Shown: in pieces, positions 56,006 to 64,000 of the stretch
Layout of the letters: each line of letters opens with the position of its first letter
Position numbering within the stretch: the first letter of the stretch is position 1
Origin: Phenylobacterium sp.
GTDB taxonomy: Bacteria; Pseudomonadota; Alphaproteobacteria; Caulobacterales; Caulobacteraceae
Length of the DNA stretch: 64,000 nt
Assembly (NCBI RefSeq): GCF_025934275.1
Contig: NZ_JAICYI010000008.1
Coordinates: forward strand, 5,169 to 69,168
Direction: 5' to 3'
Notes under the pieces: generated by a model
Databases searched by the model: none
Told to the model about the DNA's origin: nothing
The model's input: only the letters and a program-made list of their open reading frames with translations
Position numbers and translations under genes: made by a program

Positions 56006-56566
56006 TCAGCCGCGCAGCGGCTTCAGCGCGCCCGTCCACTTCACCAGCTCGTCGAGCATCGCCTTGGCCGAGGCCTCGATCGGCGGGCTGGGCGTGAACT
56101 GGCCATCCTTCATGTGCGTCGGCAAGGGAATGCTGACGCCCTCGGGAATGGTCATCACCTTCACCGAGGTGAGCATCAGCTTTTCCATCTGCGCGGCGCG
56201 CGCTCCGCCGAGCGGCCCGCCGTAGGTCACCAGGCCCGCGACCTTGTAGCCCCACTCCCGGAACAGGAAATCGACCGCATTCACGAAGGCGGGCGAGGGC
56301 GAATAGTTGTACTCGGGGGTCACGAAGACGAAGGCGTCCGCCGCCTCGACGCTCGCGCTCCAGGCCTTGGTGTGGTCGTGCTGGTAGTCCTTGAACCGCG
56401 GGTGCTTCGGCTCGTCGAACACCGGCAGGTTGAAACCGGCGAGATCGACCGCGGCCACCTCGAAGCCGCGGTGCGCCTTCGCAAACTCCAGGAACCACTG
56501 GGCGACCTTGGGCCCGACCCGGCCCGGGCGCGTCGAGACAGTGATGACATTCAGCTGCAGCGCCAT
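56006..56566 (-). CDS. NAD(P)H-dependent FMN reductase family flavoprotein
   Basis: STRPGRVG, FVFVTPEYNYS...NAVD, TYGG..GG.RA. Confidence 0.9.
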   Translation of the reverse strand: MALQLNVITVSTRPGRVGPKVAQWFLEFAKAHRGFEVAAVDLAGFNLPVFDEPKHPRFKDYQHDHTKAWSASVEAADAFVFVTPEYNYSPSPAFVNAVDFLFREWGYKVAGLVTYGGPLGGARAAQMEKLMLTSVKVMTIPEGVSIPLPTHMKDGQFTPSPPIEASAKAMLDELVKWTGALKPLRG

Positions 56567-56628
56567 GGCGGCCTCCGATTAGGAAGCCGCCGCCTTAGAT
56601 CAGCGCGGCCGCCTTGGGAAGTTGCGCC

Positions 56629-58551
56629 CTAACCCACCGGCTCCGGCTGCCGCTCCAGTCGGAAGTCGTCGGGATTGGGCGCGAGCGTCGCGCGCCAGTA
56701 GTCGATCAGGCCGAACGGCCAGTTCTGGCTCACCCGGCCGAACTGGTTCTTGTACCAGCTGGAGACGTGCGGCGAGCCCCAGGCCCAGCCCTTGTTGGCT
56801 TCGTCGACCTTCACGTTGAAGGCGTCGTGGACCGTCTGCTTCACCTCCATGGCCCGTGCGCCGCTCTCGGCCAGGAGCCTCAGGCAGCCCACGATGTAGC
56901 GGACGGCGGACTCCGAGAAGAAGATGATCGAGCCGTTGACCACGATGTTGGTGTTGGGCCCGTAGATGATGAAGAAGTTCGGGAAGCCCGGCACCGTGAT
57001 GCCGAGATAGGCCCGCGCGTCGCCGCCCCAGCGCTCGTGCAGCTCGCGGCCGTCCTTGCCCGTCACCTCATAGAATGAGAGGAAATTCGAGGCCTGGAAG
57101 CCGGTGCCGTAGATCAGCACGTCGACCTCGTGCTCGCGCCCGTCGGCGGTGACGATGCCGGTGGGCGTGATCTTCGTGACCTTCTCCGTCACCAGTTCGA
57201 CGTTCTCCCGCTTCAGCGCGCCCAGCCACACGCCGTTGTCGAGCACCGCGCGCTTGCCGCCGATCGGATAGGTGGGCACCACCTTGTCGACCAGGTCCGG
57301 CCGGTCGGCGACCTGGGCTGCGAGGTACTGGGCGACCATCTCGCGCAGCTCGGCGTTCACCTGGCTGACCGCGCGGGTGTCGTTCCAGGCCGGGTCCGAC
57401 TTGACCATGGGCAGGAAGCCCTCGGTCGTCGTCCAGAACAGGAAAAAGCGGTACCACTTGTCGTAGTACGGCACGTTGTGGAGGAGCCACTTGAACCCCT
57501 CCGGCACGTTTTCGTGGTAGTGCGCCACCGGCAGACCCCAGGGCGGATTGCGCATGAAGACGGTGAGCTGGCCCACCTTGGGCGCGATCTCCGGCACGAA
57601 CTGGAAGGCCGAGGCGCCGGTGCCGATCACCGCCACCCGCTTGCCGGTCAGGTCCACGTCGTGGCGCCATTCCGCGGAGTGGAAGGCTGGGCCCTTGAAA
57701 CTGTCGCGGCCCTCGATGTCCGGATAGCGCGGCCGGTTGAGCTGGCCGACCGCGGAGATCACCGCATTGGCCTCCACCGCCTCCCGCCCGCCGTCCTTCG
57801 TCCGCAGCGTCACGCGCCACACCGCCTTGGCCTCGTCCCAGACGCAGGTCTCGACCAGCGTCTCGAAGCGGATGTGCTTGCGCAGGCCGTACTTGTCGGC
57901 GACCCCCTTGAAGTACTTGAGCAGCTCCGGCTGCGGCGAGAAGAACTGCGGCCAGGCGTGGTTCGGCTCGAAGGAGTAGCTGTACATGTGGTTCGAGTTG
58001 TCCACCCGGCAACCGGGATAGGTGTTTTCGAACCAGGTGCCGCCCACCTCGGGATTCTTGTCGACGATCTCGAAGGCGAGTCCGGCCTGCGAGAGCCGGA
58101 CGCCGGCGAGCAGGCCCGACATCCCCGCTCCGATCACCAGCACCTTCAGCTTGCGGGCGTTCTCCCGCACCCGCGGCTGGTCGAAATGCGGCGCCTTGGA
58201 GTTCTCGCCGGAGATCGCGAGCTCATCCATGGCGAAGTCGGCGTAGCCCTCGGGGATCGGCGCCCCGGCCACGAAGTCCATCATCCTGCGCACCGTCGCC
58301 TCGGACGGCGGAGGCGGCAGCTTGCCGTCGCCGGCCAGGAATTCGATGAGCGCCGCGCGGCAGGCGGCGCGGATCTGGCCGTCGATCTCGGGGCCGAGGC
58401 CCGTCTCCCCGCGGGTCAGCGGCTGGTAGGCCGGGCGCCACTCGTCCTTCAGCCAGGATGGATCGCCGGTCACATGGACCATGGCGGCCACCAGCGCGGG
58501 AAGGTGCGCGACGGCCAGGGCGTCGTCGAGCTTGGCTTTGTCGACCGTCAT
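56629..58551 (-). CDS. Type I Baeyer-Villiger monooxygenase with N-terminal extension (4-hydroxyacetophenone monooxygenase-like)
   Basis: GAGMSG, GGTWFENTYPGCRVD, fingerprint FKGPAFHSAEW, GTGASA; 640 aa with about 140 aa ahead of the first Rossmann motif. Confidence 0.88.
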   Translation of the reverse strand: MTVDKAKLDDALAVAHLPALVAAMVHVTGDPSWLKDEWRPAYQPLTRGETGLGPEIDGQIRAACRAALIEFLAGDGKLPPPPSEATVRRMMDFVAGAPIPEGYADFAMDELAISGENSKAPHFDQPRVRENARKLKVLVIGAGMSGLLAGVRLSQAGLAFEIVDKNPEVGGTWFENTYPGCRVDNSNHMYSYSFEPNHAWPQFFSPQPELLKYFKGVADKYGLRKHIRFETLVETCVWDEAKAVWRVTLRTKDGGREAVEANAVISAVGQLNRPRYPDIEGRDSFKGPAFHSAEWRHDVDLTGKRVAVIGTGASAFQFVPEIAPKVGQLTVFMRNPPWGLPVAHYHENVPEGFKWLLHNVPYYDKWYRFFLFWTTTEGFLPMVKSDPAWNDTRAVSQVNAELREMVAQYLAAQVADRPDLVDKVVPTYPIGGKRAVLDNGVWLGALKRENVELVTEKVTKITPTGIVTADGREHEVDVLIYGTGFQASNFLSFYEVTGKDGRELHERWGGDARAYLGITVPGFPNFFIIYGPNTNIVVNGSIIFFSESAVRYIVGCLRLLAESGARAMEVKQTVHDAFNVKVDEANKGWAWGSPHVSSWYKNQFGRVSQNWPFGLIDYWRATLAPNPDDFRLERQPEPVG

Positions 58552-58622
58552 CGGTGGGTCCTTCGAAGGTTATCGGCGTTCAGGCGAAGATGACTCGGCT
58601 CGGCCCCGAGCGGAAGGGCCGA

Positions 58623-59543
58623 TCACCGAAGCCCGCGCTGAGCGGCGCGGATCCGCATCATGGCTTCCCCCGGGAGCCTCAGGCCCGAGGCGGCCGCGTC
58701 TTCCCGAAGGTGGGCGAGCCGGGTGGTGCCGACCACCGCCGCCGACACGGCGGGATCGGCCAGCACATAGGCGAGCGCCGCCTGCGAGCCGGTGATCTCG
58801 GGCAGCCGATGCAGGAACCCGAAGCGCAGGCCGCTCGCGACCTCGCGCCGATGCCGGACCAGGCCGCGCGCCGCGTACCAGAGGTCCTGCGGCCCCTTCA
58901 GCGAGGCGACCTTCAGGCCCGTGTGGCCCATGGCGAGCGGCATGCCGGCGAGCACGCCCTTCCGGGCCGCTGCGGCGCGGGCGATCAGCGGCTCGCGGTC
59001 CGGCCGCATGACATTGTAGTCGACCATGACCACGTCGAGCTCGGGTAGGCCGATCGCGTGCGCGATCACGTCCGGATCGAAGCTGTTGACGCCCAGCGCG
59101 CGCACCCGTCCCTGCGCCTTCAGCTCCGCCAGGACCGCCAGCAGCTCGGGCGTGAGCTCCTCCAGCGCCGGCCCGTGCAGCTGCAGGATCGGCAGCACCT
59201 CGAGGCCGAGGCGCTTCAGGCTCCGCTCGGCGCTGGCGCGGATGCCCGCCGCCGAGAAATCCCGCCGGACGCGTCCGCCCGCATCCGCATAGCTCCCGGC
59301 CTTGCTGGCGATAACCAGGCGCGAGGCGTCGCGGCCCTGGAGCGCCCGGCCGAGCCGCAGCTCCGCCTGGCCCGCGCCATAGCTGGCCGCGGTGTCGAAG
59401 AGGGTGACCCCGAGATCGATCGCCGCGTGGACCAGCCGCGCCGCCTGGCGCTCGTCGAACGCTGGCTTCGCCCACCAGCTCGCGCAGCCGAAGCCGATCT
59501 CGGAGACCTCGAGCCCGGTGCGGCCGAGCGGGCGGTAGAGCAT
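58623..59543 (-). CDS. Aldo/keto reductase
   Basis: YRPLGRTGLEVSEIGFG, FDTAASYG, SKAG, LQLHG, GVNSF. Start re-called to ATG 59543. Confidence 0.9.
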   Translation of the reverse strand: MLYRPLGRTGLEVSEIGFGCASWWAKPAFDERQAARLVHAAIDLGVTLFDTAASYGAGQAELRLGRALQGRDASRLVIASKAGSYADAGGRVRRDFSAAGIRASAERSLKRLGLEVLPILQLHGPALEELTPELLAVLAELKAQGRVRALGVNSFDPDVIAHAIGLPELDVVMVDYNVMRPDREPLIARAAAARKGVLAGMPLAMGHTGLKVASLKGPQDLWYAARGLVRHRREVASGLRFGFLHRLPEITGSQAALAYVLADPAVSAAVVGTTRLAHLREDAAASGLRLPGEAMMRIRAAQRGLR

Positions 59544-59548
59544 CGCGC

Positions 59549-60979
59549 CTAGGGCGTCTCTTGGGCGTCGGCCGCCACCACCTCGGCCAGGTCCGGCTCG
59601 GCGGGCTCTCCGCTCAGGAGACGGCCGAACGCCAGGCGCACGAAGAAGAACACCACGCCCGCGCCGGTCACCAGCGCGGCGTGCAGCAGCCAGAACTGGA
59701 CCGCGGGCATCTTGTCGAGCAGCCCGCCCAGCCAGCCCACCGCCAGGTTCCCGGCGAACAGGTGCAGGTAGTAGATGCCGACGATCGTGCCGGCGAGCGC
59801 CCGCGGCGCGGCCCGCGCATAGAGCGCGAGACCCACCGGCAGCACGTTGGCGAAGCCGATGTCGTTCAGGATGTGGAAGGCGAGCAGCCAGCCCATCGAG
59901 ACCTTCTGCCCGGAGGCTGCGGCGATCGCCGCCCCGGCCGCCAGGCAGGCCACGCCCACGCCCCCGAACAGGCAGCCGATGACGATCTTGCCGAGCTCGT
60001 CCGGCTCCTTGAACCGCGTCTTCCACCAACGCCAGAAGATCACCATTCCGGCGAGCGTCGCGACCGAGACGACGGAGTCGATCGAGACCAGGTACTCGGT
60101 CAGGAACGGCACGCCGAACAGGTGCCGGTCGACCGATTTGTCGGCCCACAGCAGGTAGGCGTTGAAGATCTGGTTGTTGCCGACGATCGAGGCGGCCAGC
60201 ACCGGCAGGAGGCACAGGAGCAGGATCACGCTGCGCCACTCTTGGGCGGTCATCGGCGCTCGGGCGGCCTTTTCCGTCTCGCGGCGCAACGGCGGATCGG
60301 GCGGCAGGTGCCGCCGGCCCGCGAGATAGATCACCAGCGAGATCAGCATGCCCACGCCGGCCGCGCCGAAGCCGTAGTGCCAGGCGACCTTCTCGGCGAG
60401 CGTGCCGGTCACGAACGGCGCGCTGATCACTCCTGCATTGATCCCCAGGTAGAAGATCTGGAAGGCGTCGGCCCGCCTGAGGTCCTCCGGCGCGTAGAGC
60501 GAGCTCACCTGGGTGGCGATGTTGCCCTTGAAGCACCCGGACCCCAGCATCAGGCAGAGGAGCGCGACGAGGAAGGATTGGTCGAAAGCCATCAGGAAGT
60601 GGCCGAGCGCCATCAGGAGCGCGCCCAGCACGATGGTGCGCGTGCGGCCGAGCACCCGGTCGGCCAGGAGGCCGCCGAGCGCCGGGGTGGCGTAGACCAT
60701 CGCCGTGTAGAGCCCGAAGATCGCCGAGGCGAGCGCCACGATGGTCATTGCGTGGCCGTGCTCGAGCACCGCCCGGAACGGGCCAAAGCCAGCGATCCGC
60801 TCGATATGCCCCGGCCGCAGCAGCTGCTTGGTCATGTAGAGCACCAGCAACGTCTGCATGCCGTAGTAGGAGAACCGCTCCCAGGCCTCGGTGAAGGCCA
60901 GGAAGGCCAGCCCCCTCGGATGGCCCAGGAACGCGCGGTCCTGATGGATCGCGGCCTCGCGCCCAGAGATCGCCGTCAT
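59549..60979 (-). CDS. POT/PTR family proton-dependent oligopeptide transporter (MFS)
   Basis: TEAWERFSYYGM (ExxERFxYY), GLLADRVLGR, FKGNI, FYLGINAG. Confidence 0.93.
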   Translation of the reverse strand: MTAISGREAAIHQDRAFLGHPRGLAFLAFTEAWERFSYYGMQTLLVLYMTKQLLRPGHIERIAGFGPFRAVLEHGHAMTIVALASAIFGLYTAMVYATPALGGLLADRVLGRTRTIVLGALLMALGHFLMAFDQSFLVALLCLMLGSGCFKGNIATQVSSLYAPEDLRRADAFQIFYLGINAGVISAPFVTGTLAEKVAWHYGFGAAGVGMLISLVIYLAGRRHLPPDPPLRRETEKAARAPMTAQEWRSVILLLCLLPVLAASIVGNNQIFNAYLLWADKSVDRHLFGVPFLTEYLVSIDSVVSVATLAGMVIFWRWWKTRFKEPDELGKIVIGCLFGGVGVACLAAGAAIAAASGQKVSMGWLLAFHILNDIGFANVLPVGLALYARAAPRALAGTIVGIYYLHLFAGNLAVGWLGGLLDKMPAVQFWLLHAALVTGAGVVFFFVRLAFGRLLSGEPAEPDLAEVVAADAQETP

Positions 60980-61040
60980 GGAATCCTCCGCTCCCCGCGC
61001 GCACTTAAGCCTGAAACCTCAGCGCAGGTGAAGGGCGGCG

Positions 61041-61114
61041 TAGGCGGCTTCGGGTTCGAACCGAAGACCTCCCGGGTGTAAACCGGGTGCTCTAACCAGC
61101 TGAGCTAGCCGCCT
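61041..61114 (-). tRNA. tRNA-Val(TAC), CCA not encoded
   Basis: Minus strand AGGCGGC/GCCGCCT acceptor, D-arm TAGCTCAGCTGGTTAGAGC, anticodon stem CCCGG/CCGGG with loop TTTACAC, T-arm TTCGG-TTCGAAC-CCGAA, discriminator A followed by CG. Confidence 0.93.
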
Positions 61115-61127
61115 GCGCGCGCGCCTT

Positions 61128-61706
61128 CTAGACCACCCGGAAGGCCGCCAGAAGCACCCAGACGCCGATCAGCCCGAACATCAGCGCCGCGGCGATCCGC
61201 ACGTAGCGGAGCGGCACGATCCGCGTCGCGGCCTCGCCCAGCAGCACCGCCGGTATGTCGGCGATCAGCATGCCGAGCGTCGTGCCGGCCGCGACCGGCA
61301 GGATCTGGTGGTAGCGGGCGGCCAGGAGCGAGGTGGCGATCTGCGTCTTGTCGCCGATCTCGACCAGGAAGAACGAGATGAGCGCGGTGACGAAGACGCC
61401 GCCGCGGCTCTTCGCCAGGCCCTCCTCGTCGTCGGCCTTGTCCGGGATCAGGGCCCAAGCCGCCATCGCCATGAAGCCGATCCCGACCGCCACCCGGAAC
61501 GCCGCGCCGGAGAGCCAGTCCGAGACCAGGTAGCCCAGGGTCGCGGCCAGGGTGTGGTTCAGGATGGTGGCGCCCAGGATGCCGGCGATGATCGGAAGCG
61601 GCCTGCGGAAGCGGGCGGCGAGCACGATCGCCAGCAGCTGGGTCTTGTCGCCGATCTCGCCGACAGCGACCACGGCGGTAGAGGTGAAGAGCGGTTCCAG
61701 GGACAT
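61128..61706 (-). CDS. TMEM165/GDT1 (UPF0016) family putative Mn2+/Ca2+ exporter
   Basis: Two EIGDKTQ motifs; start re-called to ATG 61706; riboswitch upstream. Confidence 0.92.
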   Translation of the reverse strand: MSLEPLFTSTAVVAVGEIGDKTQLLAIVLAARFRRPLPIIAGILGATILNHTLAATLGYLVSDWLSGAAFRVAVGIGFMAMAAWALIPDKADDEEGLAKSRGGVFVTALISFFLVEIGDKTQIATSLLAARYHQILPVAAGTTLGMLIADIPAVLLGEAATRIVPLRYVRIAAALMFGLIGVWVLLAAFRVV

Positions 61707-61783
61707 GGTCGGGACGATCGCCGGGGCCGGGCGTTGACGCGACGACGCGGACGGCCTCCGCCGGCCGCAGCCGGAGGCCCGCA

Positions 61784-61900
61784 TCGTCGGTCTCGCCGGA
61801 CGGGCCCATGCGGACCCGGCGTCCGCGCCATGCGCCGGAAGGCGCAAGTCTGTTGACGCGGACTTCGCTGGAGGCGCGATCGGCTACTCCCCGAAGACGA
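61784..61900 (-). ncRNA. yybP-ykoY manganese-sensing riboswitch
   Basis: Minus strand TCGTC-TTC-GGGGAGTAGC...CGTCAACAGACTTG...TGGCG...GGCGAGACC-GACGA, matching the conserved yybP-ykoY blocks, upstream of a UPF0016 gene. Confidence 0.88.
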
Positions 61901-61935
61901 GCGCCTTCTAACGGGCCCCGCCGGCTGCGCCAATG

Positions 61936-61963
61936 AAAAAGGCGGCCCCGGGGACCGCCCTTT
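61936..61963 (-). terminator. Rho-independent terminator of hup
   Basis: Minus strand AAAGGGCGGTCCCCGGGGCCGCC-TTTTT. Confidence 0.8.
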
Positions 61964-61985
61964 CCGCGCCGGCGATGTCGCAGGT

Positions 61986-62261
61986 TCAGTGATTGAGCAC
62001 GCTCTTCAAGGTGTCGCCCGCCTTGAAGCGGCAGGTGGCCGAGGCCGCCCGGCGCACCTTCTCGCCGGTGCGCGGATTGCGGGCCATGCCCGCCGGACGC
62101 TTGACCGGGACGAAACTGCCGAAGCCCACCAGCCGCACCTCCTTGCCGGCCTTGAGAGATGACGAGACGGAGGTGATGAAGGCGTCCAGCGCCTGCTTCG
62201 CCTGAGCCTTGTTCAGGCCCGCCTTGTCCGCGATGGCGGTGACCAGTTCGGCCTTGGTCAT
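61986..62261 (-). CDS. hup: DNA-binding protein HU
   Basis: MTKAELVTAIA, VRLVGFGSF, ARNPRTGE; directly downstream of lon. Confidence 0.95.
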   Translation of the reverse strand: MTKAELVTAIADKAGLNKAQAKQALDAFITSVSSSLKAGKEVRLVGFGSFVPVKRPAGMARNPRTGEKVRRAASATCRFKAGDTLKSVLNH

Positions 62262-62370
62262 GTGCGTTCTCCCAGCCCCTTATGATTGTTATTGGCGCGC
62301 GCGGGAGGACGTGAGCGTGCGGCCCCCTGCGCCCGGTCTGGAATTTAACGCCCTTCCAAGCTCAGCCGTC

Positions 62371-62406
62371 AAACGAGAGCGGCGCGGGAATCCTCCCGCG
62401 CCGCTC
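62371..62406 (-). terminator. Probable terminator after lon
   Basis: 13-bp stem GAGCGGCGCGGGA-GGAT-TCCCGCGCCGCTC followed by TCGTTT. Confidence 0.65.
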
Positions 62407-62429
62407 CGCTGTCAAAGATGTGATCGCCC

Positions 62430-64000
62430 TCAGTGGGTGATCATGCCTTCCAGATCGGCGACCTCCGGCTCGTCGGAGGTGACCACCGGCGGATGGTCGG
62501 CCTCGTTCCACTCGATGGGCGTGGGCTGGCGGACGAGCGCCTGCTTCAGCACCTCGTCCATGGTGGAGACCGGCACGATCTCCAGCGCAGCCTTCACGTT
62601 GTCCGGGATGTCGGCGAGATCCTTCTCATTCTCTTCCGGGATCAAGACCGTCTTCACGCCCGAACGCAGCGCCGAGAGCAGCTTCTCCTTCAGGCCGCCG
62701 ATCGCCGTCACCCGGCCGCGCAGCGTGACCTCGCCGGTCATCGCCATGTCGGCCCGGATCGGGATGCCCGTCAGCACCGAGACGATGGCCGTGGCCATGG
62801 CCGCCCCGGCCGAGGGCCCGTCCTTGGGCGTCGCCCCGTCCGGCACGTGGATGTGGACGTCGGTCCGCTCGAACACCGGCGGCTCGATGCCGAACCGGGT
62901 CGCCCGACTGCGCACATAGGAGTTCGCCGCCGAGATGGATTCCTTCATCACGTCCTTCAGGTTGCCGGTCACCGTCATGCGGCCCTTGCCGGGCATCTTG
63001 ACCGCTTCGATGGTCAGGATGTCGCCGCCGAACTCGGTGTAGGCCAGGCCGGTGATGATGCCGACCTGATCTTCCTTGTCCGTCTCGCCGTAGCGGAACT
63101 TGCGCACGCCCGCGTACTTCTCGAGCCGCTCCTCGTCGATGGTGATCGACAGCAGCTTCTCGCGCGACAGGTCACGGACGGTCTTGCGCGCCAGGTTGCC
63201 CAGTTCCCGCTCCAGGTTCCGCACGCCCGCCTCACGCGTGTAGTAGCGGATCAGGTCATGGATCGAGGTGTCGGGAACGATGAACTCCTCCGGCTTCAGC
63301 CCGTGGTCCTTGGTGAGCCTCGGCAGGATGTGCCGCTTGGCGATCTCCACCTTCTCATCCTCGGTGTAGCCGGGGATGCGGATGATCTCCATGCGGTCCA
63401 ACAGCGGCTGGGGCATGTTGAGGCTGTTGGCGGTGGTGACGAACATCACCGGCGACAGGTCGTAGTCCACCTCCAGGTAGTGGTCGTTGAAGGTGGAGTT
63501 CTGCGCCGGGTCCAGCACCTCCAGGAGCGCCGAGGACGGGTCGCCCCGCCAGTCGGAGCCCATCTTGTCGATCTCGTCCAACAGGAAGAAGGCGTTGGTC
63601 GACTTGGCCTTCTTCATCGACTGGATGATCTTGCCGGGCATGGAGCCGATGTAGGTCCGCCGGTGACCCCGGATCTCGGCTTCGTCTCGCACGCCGCCCA
63701 GGGACACGCGGACGAACTCGCGCCCCGTGGCCTTGGCGATCGAGCGGCCGAGCGAGGTCTTGCCGACGCCCGGGGGGCCGACGAGGCACAGGATCGGGCC
63801 CTTCAGGGTGCCCACGCGGCTCTGCACCGCCAGGTACTCCAGGATCCGCTCCTTCACCTTCTCCAGGCCGTAGTGATCGCCTTCCAGGATCTCCTCGGCC
63901 TGGGTGAGGTCGATGGGCTTGGTCTTGGCCTTGCCCCACGGGATCGAGAGCAGCCAGTCGAGGTAGTTCCGGACGACGGTCGATTCCGCGGACATCGGGC
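62430..64000 (-). CDS. lon: Lon protease (5' part outside window)
   Basis: [43 protein letters not shown] (catalytic Ser), IGGLKEK; frame open to the window edge. Confidence 0.97.
   Translation of the reverse strand, partial: PMSAESTVVRNYLDWLLSIPWGKAKTKPIDLTQAEEILEGDHYGLEKVKERILEYLAVQSRVGTLKGPILCLVGPPGVGKTSLGRSIAKATGREFVRVSLGGVRDEAEIRGHRRTYIGSMPGKIIQSMKKAKSTNAFFLLDEIDKMGSDWRGDPSSALLEVLDPAQNSTFNDHYLEVDYDLSPVMFVTTANSLNMPQPLLDRMEIIRIPGYTEDEKVEIAKRHILPRLTKDHGLKPEEFIVPDTSIHDLIRYYTREAGVRNLERELGNLARKTVRDLSREKLLSITIDEERLEKYAGVRKFRYGETDKEDQVGIITGLAYTEFGGDILTIEAVKMPGKGRMTVTGNLKDVMKESISAANSYVRSRATRFGIEPPVFERTDVHIHVPDGATPKDGPSAGAAMATAIVSVLTGIPIRADMAMTGEVTLRGRVTAIGGLKEKLLSALRSGVKTVLIPEENEKDLADIPDNVKAALEIVPVSTMDEVLKQALVRQPTPIEWNEADHPPVVTSDEPEVADLEGMITH

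Noticed and set aside
58623-61004. Apparent 793 aa POT/AKR fusion ORF
   Set aside because: The transporter is in another frame with its own stop at 59549; the AKR starts at 59543.
61128-61900. yybP-ykoY riboswitch plus UPF0016 exporter as a novel system
   Set aside because: Established Mn-responsive pairing; listed as features only.

Overview
GC-rich alphaproteobacterial chromosome segment. Gene order and protein sequences point to Caulobacteraceae (Phenylobacterium/Caulobacter-like; inferred, not searched). The backbone is housekeeping and almost all on the minus strand: lon-hup, a yybP-ykoY Mn riboswitch with a GDT1/UPF0016 exporter, tRNA-Val, tRNA-Asp, the full nuoA-N operon, birA-coaX-rnj, mce-DUF1467-proS-lolC/E-lolD, dnaE, rpsB-tsf-pyrH-frr-uppS-cdsA-dxr-rseP-bamA-skp. 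Three accessory blocks interrupt it. (i) 15.1-23.0 kb: methyltransferase, an NtrC-like two-component system whose regulator lacks GAFTGA, and a MacAB-like ABC exporter. (ii) 27.1-31.5 kb: TDT transporter, tandem class III CoA-transferase and an internally deleted serine hydrolase. (iii) 50.4-61.0 kb, between the two tRNAs: TPR-sulfotransferase, TonB-dependent receptor, secreted acetamidase, flavin reductase, Baeyer-Villiger monooxygenase, aldo-keto reductase and POT transporter. I saw no integrase, transposase, CRISPR array or rRNA. The most unusual items are three translationally coupled small ORFs and a 9-bp-periodic inverted-repeat element inside the nuo-birA gene run, the sigma54-uncoupled regulator with palindromic sites, and LexA boxes shared by dnaE and a divergent methyltransferase. 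No clearly new multi-gene system could be established from sequence alone. Several start codons were re-called by hand from the ORF track.
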